The notes under the pieces are model-generated. The model saw only the letters and a program-made list of their open reading frames with translations, did not search any database and was not told the DNA's origin. DNA of 64,000 nt, taken from Octopus bimaculoides (Eukaryota). The stretch covers positions 11,058,011 to 11,122,010 of the forward strand of contig NC_068983.1 of NCBI RefSeq assembly GCF_001194135.2, in the 5' to 3' direction. This document shows, piece after piece, positions 11,568-26,307 of the stretch; the stretch's first letter is position 1, and each line of letters starts with the position of its first letter. Both the position numbers and the translations under genes were made by a program.

Positions 11568-14415
11568 GGGCTTCTTTCAGTTTCCGTCTACCAAATCCAC
11601 TCACAAGGCTTTGGTTAGCCCGAGGCTATAGTAGAAGATACTTGCCCAAGGTGCCATGCAGTGGGACTGAACCTGGAACCATGTGGTTGGTAAGCAAGCT
11701 TCTTAACACACACCCACTTCTGTGCCTATGTTTATTTTTAGAATGGCATTGTAGGGTGAGGGTGAGTGTGAGAAGCTGGATCTGGCTGGTCTGAATATAA
11801 AACAGGTAGAATATTTGGGCTGGATATGGCCAGTTTGAATGCTAAAGGGTTAAGGCATATTTAGCCCATCACTTTGTTGTTCTGCCACTCAATCATTTTT
11901 GAGTCCCCATAATGTCTCAACTACAATATATTTTGGATGACTTTCAGAAAAGAAAAAAGAGGAAAAAATAAAACTGAAAATTGCAGTCTAGTTTGTCTTA
12001 CCCTACTACTACTTACCTGAAGATTCACTTTGAAAACTTTTCTATTTTTAGTTCTTATAATTGTAGTCGACCTATTCACCTTTACTGAAGGAGGACACAT
12101 GGTGTGGTTTTAGCTGATTGAAGAATTGTTTAATTAGTAGTCTGTTTGACCACCTTGTACAACATGTTGTCCTATGATGTAAGAATTTAAAGCACACAGT
12201 TCTAATTTCAACGACATGGTGTTCATTAAAAGACATTTAATGCTGCTACCCTGGAAAAGTCAAGAAACCCCCTTACCGGTGCTATTCCGACTTGTAGTTA
12301 TTGTACCTCAGAGAAAACGTTCTTATATTTTTGGAACTCCTTCCCCATTGTGTTTGGCTAGAAGTCTGGTGATATGCTCCTTGGTAGGATGCCAGACTAA
12401 GCTAAAAAAATTGATTAGTAGTTTGGTGGCTTACAGTTCTCTCACTACATAAGTTCACTTAGTTTTCCATCTTCTCCAAGGTTAACAAAATAAATACCAG
12501 CATGTTTGGGTTAAATGCACAAATACTAGCTTTTATTTGACATGTTGTTGTGGGGTCACTGCCAAGTGTTTGATCAGTTGCTACTTTTAAATCATGAAGG
12601 TCTGCTTGCTCACCTAGAACCTAGAGTCAGGAGATGGTGGATATCATAAGGTAGTGTTGAGTAATAACAAACCTCTTGCAATTATACTTACAAAAAGTTT
12701 TTTTACATGACTCTGCTGTATAAAGGGAATCTGTAAACCACATTGCATCATCATCTTATTATTTCCATGATTAATTTTGGCACTTTCGAATTGTAAATTC
12801 AGTAAAAGTTTGAATTTCAAATATCTATTTTTTTTTTATGAAATTCATGAGAAAGAATACCAAAAGAATAGAATAATCCATCTTTTACTTTTCTTCACTC
12901 ATTCAATGTGGCTATACAGGGGCACACTTTCTTTGAAAGGTTTAGTTGAGCGAGTCAATTCTTGTGCTTATTTTATTAGTCTTTTTTTACAAACTGCTAA
13001 GTTATGGGGGGCATAAACATGCCAACATCAATTGTCAAATGGTGGTGGTGAAACAACCACAAAGATACTCGCACACATACGCACACACACACACACATAC
13101 ATAAACATACATAATGGGCTGCCTTACAATTTCTGTCTGGAAATCCACTCACAAGACATTGGTCAGTCCAGGCTATAATAAAAGACACTTGACAAAGATG
13201 CCATATGGTGGGACTGAACTTGGAATTACATGCCCAAATTAGCTATTAGTCATTGAACACATCAAGGTACAGTGATTAAATCCTTGTATAAGTAGTTATT
13301 TTGTTCTGGAAAGATATCTGCAGCAGAGTTTCAATTGACAGCTGTATGTAGTAAAGCCTTCAGTTGCCCCTGAAAGGCATTCAGAAAAATGGCATGTCAC
13401 AACTTGATCTGAGGACTCGTGCTTATGTAAGAAATTATGATTATTATTATTATTATTATTATATTTATTGTTATTATTTAGAGAGCTACAATAACACCTG
13501 CTTGTGGATTGCATCTGTAGGATCGTCTTTGTTTTTTATCTGGTATTAAGTTAAGCAAATAGATATCCTATGTCACTTAAATAATTAGAGACACATACAC
13601 ATCTAAAAGTAGTGTTGGTTATTTTAACAGTGAATTATATCTGCTACAATACAACCTACATTACTCAGTCTCTTTGCTGAACTAAGTTACAGGGGACACA
13701 AACATCAACACTGGTTGTCAGACAGTGGTGGGGCATAAACACAAACACACACACACACTTATGTGTGTGTGTGTGTGTGTGTGTGTACAACAGGCTTCTT
13801 TCAGTTTCCATCTACTAAATCCACTCACAGTGCTTTGGTCAGCCCAAGGTTATAGTAGAAGATACCCAAGGCACCATACAGTGGGACTGAACCTAGAACC
13901 ATGTGGTTGGGAAGCAAGCTTCTTACCACACAGCCATGCCTATATATATATATAGATATATATTATTAATTTTATTACTAATTGACAATTCCCTGCCCTG
14001 CATATCTATAGATATATAGATATATATATATTATGAATGATAATAATAAATGGCAAGTCTGTGTGTTTGTGAATTTGTTACGTTAACTCCTCTATCACTA
14101 TCCAACAGACCTTGATGTCACTTGACACCTGTTTGGGGCTTATGCCCATGCAGTCACTTGTGCACTTGGGATTTTTAAAAAATCGATTTTTAATCAGCAT
14201 CGATTTTTCAAAAATCATAATTTCAACTATATATATACATATAGTTGAAATTTGCAGAAAAACTATAGATGAAGGCAGGTGTAGAAACAACAAGCAGGTG
14301 TATAAGTTTGACACTTGGGAAGGTGAAAAAGTCTTTTATGTTTCGAGCCTATGCTCCTTTCAACAGAAAGGAACACGAGGAAATAAACACAGAGAGAATT
14401 AAAAGAAATTTGTGG

Positions 14416-14459
<44 letters not shown>

Positions 14460-15354
14460 ATATAACTTTGTTATTATTTAGAGCTTACAAAGCTAATTCA
14501 GTATCTCAGTTCTCTTGATTCAACCCTTACAAAAAAAATATAAACAATAAGCACAGGTGTGGATGTGTGGTAAGAAACTTACTTCCTAACCACATGGCCT
14601 TGGGTTCAGTCCTACTGTGCTACACCTTGGCTAAATGTCTTCGACTATAGCCCCAGGCTTTCCAAAGTCTTTGGAGTGGATTTGATATGTATTGTGTGTG
14701 TGCATGCACACACACATGCACATGTGTGTGTCTTTGTGTTTGTCCCCCACCCCACTTAACAAACTGGTGTTGGCCTGTAATAAATTCTTATAGCTTAGCA
14801 GTTCAGCAAAAGAGACCAATAGAAGAAGTCCCAGGATTAAAAATAAGTACTAGAGTTGATTTGTTCAACTAATCCTTCAAGAAAGTACCCCAGCATGGCC
14901 ACAGTCCAAGACTGAAACAAGTAAAAGAAATTAATGCCAGACAAAATCGGTTCAAGTGCCATAGTTGGAAGAAAACCACATTAAATCATTGAATTGATAT
15001 TTGTAATGATTCACTTGTTTTTTCCATATTTGTTAAACCTCTCAGCAGAATATTATTATTTGATGAAATAAGCCTAGAAGAGTCTTTTCTGTTTGTTGTA
15101 AAGCTGATTGTTATCTGTGTGTGTTTTGTGTGTGTAATCATGTCATGGTTTAAGAGACTGTTTGTATGAAAACACCTGCTTTACAAATATGACAGTTTTA
15201 GGTAATAGGATATTCAGAGCCATTTACCCCTGTCATTTTCTGCAGTTCCCACCCATTGTGTTTTTGTTTTATTGCTATGATTACAATGGCTAAAGAGGTG
15301 GAGTCTTTTCCATCTCTATTTCACTTCCCTTACACACACACACACACATGCACA

Positions 15355-15427
<73 letters not shown>

Positions 15428-15481
15428 TGACCAAATGTAAGAAGAGAAATCCAACTCTTGCAATGTTGTGTGTGTGTGTGA

Positions 15482-15521
<40 letters not shown>

Positions 15522-15580
15522 TTTTAAACCATCTGCCTAGGTTTCTCTCTCTCCTTCTTTCTCTCTCTCTCTAACGTGCG

Positions 15581-15617
<37 letters not shown>

Positions 15618-18556
15618 CAACCACCTGGAACGATTATCTCCTACATCTGCTCTTCTTCTGCTCTTGCAGTGCTAAGCGGATTCAGTGTTTAGCTTTATGA
15701 TCTCTGGCAGCATTAAGTGGATGAAAGAATGCATCATCTCCACCTGCTCCTGGATGAGTCACCATCTTATTGCTGTGTAATTTTCTCAAAAGATCTGCCA
15801 CCTACTTTTTCACAGCTTAAATTTTAGTGTTTTTCTCAACATAAACATGTCTGTATATAACTTTGTAGTGGATATAAATTTGAGCTCATTAGTGATGGCC
15901 CATCATCATCATTGTTTTAATGTCCACTTTCCTATGCTACCATGAGTCACACGGATTCTCTACAGTTGGATGCCCTTCCTGTCACCAACCTTTACTATTT
16001 CCAGTAAGATAATATTTGCCCTTGACCAGACATATTTTCAGAGTATTGCCAGAGTTGGTAAAACAAAGTACCCGTCATATACTAGTGTTGATTTAATTGG
16101 TTCTACCCACTCATAGTTACACACGCACACGTATAATATATATATGACAAGCTTCTTTCAGTTTCTTATTTTGTTTTGCCCACAAGGGGCTAAACATAGA
16201 GGGGACAAACAAGGACAGACAAAGGGATTAAGTCGATTACATCGACTCCAGTGCATAACTGGTACTTAATTTATCAACCCCGAAAGGATAAAAGGCGAAG
16301 TAGACCTCGGCGGAATTTGAACTCAGAATGCAACGGCAGATGAAATACCACTAAGCATTTCGCCCGATGTGCTAACATTTCTGCCAGCTCACCACCTTTC
16401 AGTTTCTGTCTACGAAATCTACTCAAGGATTTGATCAGCCTGGAGCTATATAGTAGAAAATACCTTCCCAAGGTGCCATGAGTGGGACTGAACCCAGAAT
16501 TATGTGGTTCGGATAAAAACTTCTTATCATACAGCTACATTTGTCTGTTTTATTTTTCATTATTATTAACTCATTGAAAAAAAAAAAATTCTATTGCAAC
16601 TTGTAATGGTTTTCATTTCTTGCATTTATGGCAAAATTAGGAGCCAATTAATATTGTTATCAATTATGGGCACAGTGATATACTGGACAAGATTGACAGG
16701 AGATGTGTTTTACGCAGAAATAGTAAAAATAAACAGAACCACGTTACCCAGTTCTTGTCTTTGTGTGCTGTGGGGAGTGGGTGGGTAAGTGGGGGAGTAA
16801 TATTAAGAGATGTGAGATTTCTTATCTCCTGCCATAAGTAAGTGAAGGATGCGAAATATTTGCAAATGAAATTGCTGTTGTTGTTTCATAAGTTCATAGA
16901 ATTTTTTTGCGAAGGAATAATGCACATTCTTGATTGTTATCAAAGTTGATGGAAGATGTGAAAGAACTAGTTTCTATGGCAGACAGTGCTTTAATTAATA
17001 CTATATGTGTATGCTCGCGCACATGTACACCTGTGCGCGCACATTTGTGTGTGTGTGCGTGCGCACGCTCTATATATGTTTTAGCTGTTATGTATTAGCA
17101 TTGCAAAAATAAAAACAAATGCAACAAAAATGGCATGAATGTTTTGTTTTTTATTTTATTTTATTTTATTGTTGGAATTAGAATTCTTTGTTTTTTTATT
17201 TGATAATTATCAGATATTTGTAGAAATGCCTCTTAGAAGAATTCTCTCTATCTTTTACTTTGTTTTTGTTTTGTGGAATGTTTGTTTTAACCGAATTATT
17301 AACATTGTTGAAATTACATAAGTTAGAAACATTGTTTTGTCATAATTACCGTATTTCCCCTTCTCCTACTGTGTCTCTTTGCTTGTCTATCACTTCTCTC
17401 TTAAATATTCCAAAAATGTAAATTAAACTTTTTCATGTGATAAATTCATTTATTAATTTTGCCATTGTTTATCCTCCATTCTTTGGAATTTTTGTTATAT
17501 TATCCAAGAAGAAAATATTTGCCTTGCTTGTTATATCCTTATTGGCTCAAATATTGGTCCTTATGTTTCTTATTCATGTGTCGTGTCTGAGAATAGAAAC
17601 AAGCCGCCTACTCCAACATTAACTCCTATCACTACCACCACCTGAAAAATCTTTATGCTAACCATCACAGTAAAATATTAATAATTGTCACTTTTATGAC
17701 CAATCAATACAGCAACATTCTGTAGAGATATTCAACTAATTACAATAGCTTCTAACTCTTTTCATTGGTTGTTCTCTAATTTCTTAAGTACTAAAAGAAG
17801 ACTTGTTCAACATTCAAAACATGGCTTTTTAACCTAGATGATAGTGTCCCCTTTGGGTGCATTGTGAGCTTACAAGGGTCAGAAAATGCCAAGGGCTTCT
17901 GATGGGGGTGGATAAGTGTTTAGAGGAAGTTGTGATTTTTCTTAGAAATAAAACATTTCAACTTTTTACAATACTTATATTTTAAACACATTTAAAAAAA
18001 AAATCTTTCTTGGATTAAAATATAAGTAGAACATTATGTTAGCATTGAGCAGAAAGGTAACTGATAATGTTTCATTATATAAATTCTTGTCTTCTTTAGT
18101 AATTCCCCTAAAAGTCTAATATTGGAGGTTCTAATCCATGCAAATATTTAGAAGAAAGAAAGACTCATGCCTGATGGGATAGTATAAGAAAATATAATAG
18201 ACCATTGCACAAAATTTGCTTTTTGGTTTTGTTTTTGACTCTTTACCATTCAAACGAGCCGTGTCTGGCCAAGATAATCAACCTGTTTTATCTTCAAGCC
18301 AGCCAGATCTGGCTTCTCACACTCACCCAGCAATATTATTCTAAAACTAAACAATCACGTCATTGAAATCTCAAAGCTACAAGGTAATACATGACAAATT
18401 CAAATCAATGTGAATAAATAAACATTACATTTGACAGAGAAATCCGAATGCTAAAGGGTTAAATATGAGCGGGAGCTATTTCTAAAATAACATTCAATGA
18501 AAGGGGGCTCTTATTTGAAAAATAGAGAAAGAACTACTGATATAAAACAATTAGTT

Positions 18557-18798
18557 TTAACCCTTTTGATAACAACCTGCCTGAGATCATCCCTAGGTAT
18601 ATGATATAAACTTAAGTAATTTAAATAAAAAATTTCCATCAAAATTTTACATTAATTTATGTCCTAAATACTAGCTGAAATCTTACTAAATCCTAAATAC
18701 TAATTGAAAAGTTATTTTACTAAATACTTCATTATTTTCAAAATTAATGGAAACTAAAACCATGTATTTCAACAGAAATATGGTAACAAAACGGTTAA
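18557..18798. mobile_element. piggyBac-like MITE (TTAA-CCC...GG-TTAA)
   Basis: ttaacccttttgataacaac ... gtaacaaaacggttaa; homologous to 19307-19839. Confidence 0.65.
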
Positions 18799-19306
18799 AA
18801 GCATGCACTATTGACCCCACGGTAATAGGTACAAACCGTAGTACAGCTGCCCTGTCGTAGTGTTGAATGACACATTGCCTTAATTGCTTCAGTGTACTGA
18901 TTAAAAAAATAAGTGCTATTCTAAATAGTTAGTTAAGTGATTAGCAACTAGAAAGCCTCTAAAAGTTGCTCCAACAATTTATTTATGTTACAAGAACTGG
19001 TTGGTTGGTTATTATTGATGATCAAAGTAACAGTAATATACTGAGTCAAACATTTGGACGTGTCTTATCTGCTGAGTTTGTTGGTCAGAACAAAAATATT
19101 TAATTAACTGATTGAATCTATAAAACAGCTATTAAATTTTATCTAAATAATCCTCTTAATTATCGTCATCATTATCATCATCATATCTGTCCTGCATAGA
19201 TTTGGGTTAAATTAGTTCTTAATCACTTTTTGTCCAAGCTAACAGTACACTATAGACAAAACAGTTCATATGTTTCATGAGGGCTGTTTAGTAGCATTTT
19301 AACAGC

Positions 19307-19839
19307 TTAACCCATTTGATACCAACCCGGCCGAAACCACCTCTAGCTCTGTAGTACAAATGTCTTGTTTTCATAAGTATCAAATTAAAATCTTCCACCA
19401 AACTTTAGTCACAATTTATGTTCCTAACACTAGCTTTATGATAATTAAGTTATTTTACTAAATTCCTTGTTATATTTAAAATTAATTGAAAGAAACACAG
19501 AGCATCTTTTAAAGCCTAGCCAGGCTCATGGGCCCAGTTTCCCAGTTTCTATGGCATATGTGTTGCTCCCTCTAGCTGGACGGGACGCCAGTCCATCGCA
19601 GCTTTACCCAAATAACAGGAAGAAAGAGTGAGAGAAAGTTGGAGCGAAAGAGTACAACAGGGGTCGCCACCACCCCCTGCCGGAGCCTCGTGGAGCTTTA
19701 GGTGTCTTCGGTCAATAAACACTCACAACACCCAATCTGGGAATCGAAACTGCGATCCTCCGACTGCAAGTCCACTGCCCTAACCACTGGGCCATTGCGC
19801 CTCCACATCTCAAAATAAATACAGTAACGAAAGGGTTAA
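19307..19839. mobile_element. piggyBac-like MITE with a nested SINE (19508-19805, minus strand)
   Basis: ttaacccatttgatacc ... gtaacgaaagggttaa; catct duplicated at 19503-19507 and 19806-19810 around the SINE. Confidence 0.75.
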
Positions 19840-20909
19840 TGTTCCTTTTTTTTTATGTTTGAGTACTTCTGGTTCAAATTACTTTCATCATCATCATCAT
19901 CATCTTTCACAGAGTGGTTCTATATATAATGTAGAGTGTACTGGCAATTTCGATTTCTACCAGGACTTTGTCAGTTTACAATTTCTTCTGAGCCTTGGTT
20001 GTAAGTCTAAGCATCTGCAAATTAATAGATGACTTGCAGAAGGTCAACCTCAATGACAAGGTAGAACATATAAGATCAGTAGCTCACATACACACACCTA
20101 TCAAGGATACAGTTATACTTTACCACCTTGCTGTTTTTACTACTAAAAGGGTTATGCTGGGCCATTGAAAGTTCAGTATAGAAGGGTATTTGCTTTGGGA
20201 AAGTCATGAGCTCAATATTGTAAGTTATTTGCCAGTTACACAATGTCTGTGCTATTTACAGTAGAGAACTAATACGTTTAGTAATATTTTACTGTTAGGT
20301 GGACTGTGCAGCACCTGAGACAGGATACAAGTTAGGCTGGCACCCTAACCAAGTCACCCAGCTGCTTGTACAGAGTAAGGTTTACCATGAAAATTAGTGA
20401 TGAGTCATGCAGCTCTATTTCTTAGTGCAGCAAACTTTATTCTTCCTTTTCTTGTATGAAGAAAAAATGCCAGAAAATCAACTGAAATGTTACTTTAGAC
20501 TGTTTACTTTAAACACTAACACTGAAGTAATTGTTTTCCCCTCTCCATCAATAGCATCTCCTTCTATAAGTCAACTACAGCTGTTTATCCTACAAGAAAT
20601 AGCAGCCACAGATCACATCCTCCAATTTAAAAAAAAAAAAAGAGCAATATTAAATAATGCAGCCCTTGAATACATGAGTGAAAGATGAAACGGTTACGGC
20701 TTGAATGTCTTCAATTTTAGGAGCTAAACTATATTTCCAGCTATTCGTCTTCCTAATTCTTTTACTTTCACTTTTTGACATCCACCCTGCAGTTATTGCT
20801 CAAACAAGGTAGAGAGCCCTTAATAACTAGCACATCCCCACTTCTTTTTCCTGACTTTCTCCACCTTACTTGCTAGTTTTATTGGAACAAAATCTGTACA
20901 ACACAAGGT

Positions 20910-21137
20910 TTAAGCGTTTAGCATTCAGATTATTTCTGCCAAATGTAATACTTTTTCATTCAAATTCTTTTTAATTAATCGTGCATTATTTTGTAGCTTC
21001 AAAATTTTGATGATGTGATTATATATTTTATAATGGCATTGAAGAATAGGTGTGATAGGGTGGATCTGGCTGGTTAAAGCATAAAATAAGTAGCATATTT
21101 GAGCCGGATATGGCTGGTTCAAATGCTAAAAGGTTAA
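20910..21137. mobile_element. Second piggyBac-like MITE family (also ~18243-18462, ~30120-30325, ~11745-11853)
   Basis: ttaa.c.tttagcattc ... aatgctaaa(g/a)ggttaa ends and shared internal ggatctggctgg/gaatatttgg.ccggatatggc. Confidence 0.65.
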
Positions 21138-21627
21138 TAACAAACAATTTCAATTGTTTTCAGGCCACAAATTTATGTAGTGAGTTGAAATACCAGTAAC
21201 TACATCTGAATGCGAGAAGAGACTGACACTGTCGGCCAAGTTCTGCTTTGGAATCTCACAATTCATGCAGCATTTTTTTTCTTTTTGTTATTTTTGGTGC
21301 AGACTTTTAGTTTATTTTAAATAATTCTTTTTAATCACCCTCATCTTTCTAGTAGACATTTGATAGCCATTAATGACACTTGTTTTACAAAACACTCCAA
21401 ATATGTCTATATATTTAGATAACATCTTGAAATTGGATAATAAATAAATAAGGAAAAAACCCAGACCACTTACATACAATAAATGTTACTGCTTTAAAAT
21501 TGTTTTCGTTTGTTTGTGTGTGTAAGTGTGTGTAGGAGGTAGCTGCAGATTTAGAAGTTTTGAGGCTTTAGACACATGTGTGATTGATTGCATGCTACAT
21601 GACTAATATTATGTGTGTATGTGTGTG

Positions 21628-21673
<46 letters not shown>

Positions 21674-22329
21674 ATGGTTTCAGTCATTGGATTGTAGCCA
21701 TGCTAAGGTGGTGCTTTCAAGGGTTTTAATTGATATTTGATGAACCATTAAGTAATAGGCTATAAAAAGACACATCATAAAAATGTGGTTCTTTTTCTTT
21801 CATTTTTGAGACTGCTGCTTAAACTCATAAAAGCTTGTTATGTGTCTGTTCACAATCAACCCTGCATAAACCTTCATTGTTATTTGTAATTTGTCTTTTT
21901 AATGTCCCCTCACTTGGCATCCTTATGGCAAATAAAAGAATTATTATTGTTATTATTATTATTATCATAATGTTATTTGGCTTTGTAGAACTGTTAGAAT
22001 GTCAGCTAAAATACCTTATGGTTTCTATTGTGTATTAGTCAAACACCACTCTGACTAATACATAATATAAAATCCCTCATCTCAGAAATATAGAAATGGT
22101 TTGTGGTTTTTGTTTAGGCTTTTTATGATTTGAGTTCAAATCCTTCCATGGTTGATAAAATAAAGCACCAGTTAAATACAAGGGTGAATTTAATCATCTC
22201 TCTCCACATTGCTGGCATTGCACTTAAATTAGAAATTTCTACTACTATTACTATTATTAGTAAACTCAATAGACTTATGTCATTTACTTTTTATGAAGCA
22301 TACACCATTGATGACTTTTCTTCACTGTT

Positions 22330-22680
22330 CTCAACTCTAAGTTGTCTTTTCTGCTTGTTTCCAGTTGGATGTTTCCTTCTTCAGCTCTTCCTGTTTTGTT
22401 GCACCGTGCCAAATGTTTCCCTAAAGAAAAGGCCTTCTCCTAGGTCTTGTTGGTTTTGAGTTGTTGTTGATGCTTCTGCATCTTTTCCTATCCTAGGTAG
22501 GGTAGTTGGCCCTATGCAAACCCATTTTTACCATTAAGAAGAGGTGGTTCATATTAGTCTGGCCTCTATCCTTTGAACTGTTCAGCATGGAAGGCCTTAA
22601 GCTTATGCTCTCAATGTTGTTAAGGCACACAAGCCACCATACTTCAACAAGGATTACACCTTCTAGTGGAAACTCAGCAG
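22330..22680 (-). mobile_element. Decayed RTE-type LINE 5' UTR/ORF start
   Basis: Minus strand ccttgttg..ggcttgtgtgcc..tgagagc..ccatgc..aaaggatagaggccagac and gggtttgcatagggccaac resemble RTE 5' leaders (recalled consensus). Confidence 0.45.
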
Positions 22681-23411
22681 AGCATTGGGCAGAATGCCAC
22701 GTGGTGTTTAGTTGTGATTCCAAATAATCAGCCAATTTTCATTTTAATCCTTTCTGATGCTCTTAATACCTCATTGTTATTTCTTTAAACAAAGTATGAA
22801 GAGGTGGTAAATAAAACTCGTTATTATATTTTTACTTCCAAATCACTAGCAGCTGATTATTTATTTAAAAAATCATTCTTTGAACCACCAGCCATGGAGG
22901 TATGACAGTTGAAAGCAGCTGCTAGCTGGTAGACCCGTGACAATGAAGGAGTTGGCTAAAGTCTTGTGAACCAAACACATTGACATACATTCTTATTAAT
23001 AAAATGGTTTTGAAATCACAAAAGAATAATTCTGCTCTGTGTCTCTTATATGAAGTATTCCCATATTAACATGTGGGTAAAATGGTTGGCTGCATGCCTT
23101 CTGATGATTGCAAGGATTTTCAGAGTAAATTCATCACAGCTAGAGGTTCTTATTGCCCACCATTCAATTAAAAAATATAGTTGTTCGACTTTGAATTAAA
23201 AATTACTATACCATTTGCATCAATAATGACTCTGGTAAAATGCATAAAATGTCTCTACAGTGTCTCGCTTTCTTTCTCCCATCTATTTCTGATTTAAGTT
23301 TGAATGAGTTTCTTACAGTAGACATTAGAAATCAATGTGATATGAAAGAGATTAAAAACAACATTTGCAGTAATAAAATGTTGTCTTGAGAGAGTCGTCA
23401 ATGCCAGTAAT

Positions 23412-23457
<46 letters not shown>

Positions 23458-26266
23458 GTTCTATTTACCTCTTTTATTATTCATCAACTAGTTAATCGTT
23501 TAACCAATTAGCTAATTGATTGCTTGATGAATCACTTAGTCAATCAATAAGCTTGGTTTGTCAGAATCCTTTTGTCACAATTTGCAACCTCATCAATGAT
23601 CTACCTTCTCTACTTCAGGTCTCCTTTGGGTCTCCTGAATGATTAATTAAATAATTGATCAGTTAGTTGGTTAAATGATTAGGTAGTTAACTAATAATAA
23701 CAAAAGCGGTGAAATAGAACTCGTGCATGTGTTCATTGTTGGCATTGTCACTCTCCAGAGATACAACAATATCTATTTCAACAGACAAGTCCACTTGCAA
23801 ACTGAGTACAAAAATGTAATAATAAAATGTTGTTTTTAAACTGTATTTAGATATATCCTTGCTTGCGAAGACCTGTTGAGGCAAATGAAATCGAAATCAA
23901 AAACTGAACCAAATCTGTTGACTGGCATCCATGCCAACTTTCCTTCATTGGACACTAAATTCAGCTTGTGAAGACCTGTTGGGGCAAGTGAGATCGAAAC
24001 TGAACCGAATTCGATGACTGGCACCCGTGACAGTGGAGTGCTAACAGCACCAACCGAGCAGGATCACTGCCAGAGCAGCGGTCTCACTTCCATACCGGTG
24101 GCACGTAAAAAGCACCATTTGAGCGCGATCGTTTCCAGCTTCGCCTTACTGGCACTCGTGCCAGTGGCATGTGAACAAAACATTGGACTGACTCTTGTGC
24201 AAGTGGCATGTAAAAAACACCATTTAAGCGTAGCCGTTGCCAGTACTGCCGGATTGACCCTCGTGCCAGTGGCACGTAAACAGCACCCACTACACTCTCG
24301 GAGTGGTTGACGTTAGGAAGGGCATCCAGCTGTAGAAAGAAACTCTGCCAAATCAGATTGGAGTCTGGTGTAGCCATCGGGTTTGCCAGTCCTCAGTCAA
24401 ATCATCCAACCCATGCCAGCATGGGAAACGAACAATAAATGATGATGATGAAAAAGCCCAAGTTGAGATTATTGTATACTTTGAAATTTTCAGTAGCCAG
24501 ATGGAAGTAGATGGCAGAATAAAAAAAAAAATGAAAGCTCGTTAGGTTTTATAGAATTTTAAAAACTGACTGAACAGAAGAGAGCTGTCATTGTCAGCCA
24601 ACCAAATCTTTCATTGATCTATTTCCATTATTGGATTGTGGGAATGCTGGGGGAGCTGCCTTCAAGGGTTTTTCCAGTTAATCATAGCAAATCCCTGTAT
24701 TGCTTATTTCAGTCTGGGGCATGTTTTATTAATTTCTGTATATCAAATGGTTGATATTTCTGGGGGGGTGATGATTTGTGGCTACTTTAAGCAACTGATA
24801 TGTAGATGTCCGTACATTATTGTATGTATGCAAAAGGGTGGAATACTGCGTTAATCACCCCCATATAACCACTCATTTGGAGGGAATTTTCAGAAATTGC
24901 AAATATGTTTTACACACAGGAACTCATACAATTATGCAAAAACAAAGAAAAACAAAAAAAATTATTTCTGATTTAAGGGCTATTTAGTTGTTGTTTCTTT
25001 GTCACTCTGATGTATTGATGTTTTCCAATATCCTTACATAAGCACATTTAATGGTCCTTATTTTAAACTTGTTTTCTAAAAAAAATTTGAAAAATTAGAA
25101 GAAAAAAATTTTTTTTTTTTTCATAACCATATGAATTTCTGTATGTAGAACCCAAATACACAAATGTTTTCTGAAAATTCCCCCCCCCCCCAAAAAAGTT
25201 ATGAGGGGTTATATAGGATGCTTAAAACAGAATTCCACCAGCAAAAGAATTAGGTTGTTTTTTTTTTTGTTTTTTCCAATAAGGTAAAACATTAACACAA
25301 ACATGATTAATAAATAACCTTGCGTTTAACCAAGAAACATTGTGCTACAAACATCATATAATATTAAGATTCAATGATAATATAACTTTTTTTTTTTTTA
25401 CCTCTCAGAAGAAAGTCTTATCTTTAACAGTAACAGTTATGGATAAATATAAGCAAAGCTACAAATTGTCCTTTCCAACATCCTCATCTTTGTTATCATT
25501 AGCAGTTTAATGGGAGGCTTTTCCCCTACTGACATGGATTAGATAGATTTAAAATACAGCATCACTCTGCATATCTGGGTCTCGTGTTATCTCATCTATG
25601 AGTGTGTGTATAGAAAGGATACCAACATGGCCAAATGGAGGAGAAGTTTGTTTTTCAACCACATGGTTTTGGATTCAGTCCCAACTGCACAACACCTTGA
25701 GCAAATGTCTTCTATAGCCGAGTCTCATTCTTGGATTTGATAGAAAGGAACTAAAAGAAGACCATTGTGTGTGTGTGTAACTTCAGGTTCAGTTCCACTG
25801 TATGGCACCATGGACAAGTGTCTGATACTATGGCACCAGGCCAACCAGAGCATTATGAGAGGATTTGGTTAGTGGAAACTTAAAGAAGCCCATCGCCTGT
25901 GTGCAAGTGTCTCCTTATCTTGGCATTGCATAATAGTGTTAAACAAGGTTCTTCACTAATACAAGCAGTTTCGTTTATTTCCAATCATTTGCAAAAACAT
26001 GTCCAGCCATGGGAAAGTATTACCTCACTTGGAAACAGGTGAGAGTTGGTGACAGGAAGGGCATCCAGCCATAGAAAATCTGCCTTAATGGATCCTGTCT
26101 GAACTATGCAAGCATTGCAGAACAGACATTAGAACCATGGAAAGTATAACAATTATGTGTGTGTGTGTGCCCGTCTATATCTATGTATGATTTATTCCCC
26201 AAAATATATTTATTTATATAAGGGCATTAGCGTGAGGCATTCAAGTATAGTAATGACCTTATATAA

Positions 26267-26307
<41 letters not shown>

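Noticed and set aside
12050-12700. Possible LTR-retrotransposon pol remnant on the minus strand (KYKNVFSE-like)
   Set aside because: Only scattered short matches in broken frames; not enough to call.
15640-15800. Strong acceptor-like tract ctcttcttctgctcttgcag
   Set aside because: All three downstream frames hit stops before a convincing donor; cannot be supported as an exon without transcripts.
20680-20760. Hammerhead-like minus-strand string ttgaaga..gccgtaaccg
   Set aside because: Both core halves are mismatched and stems I and III cannot be formed.
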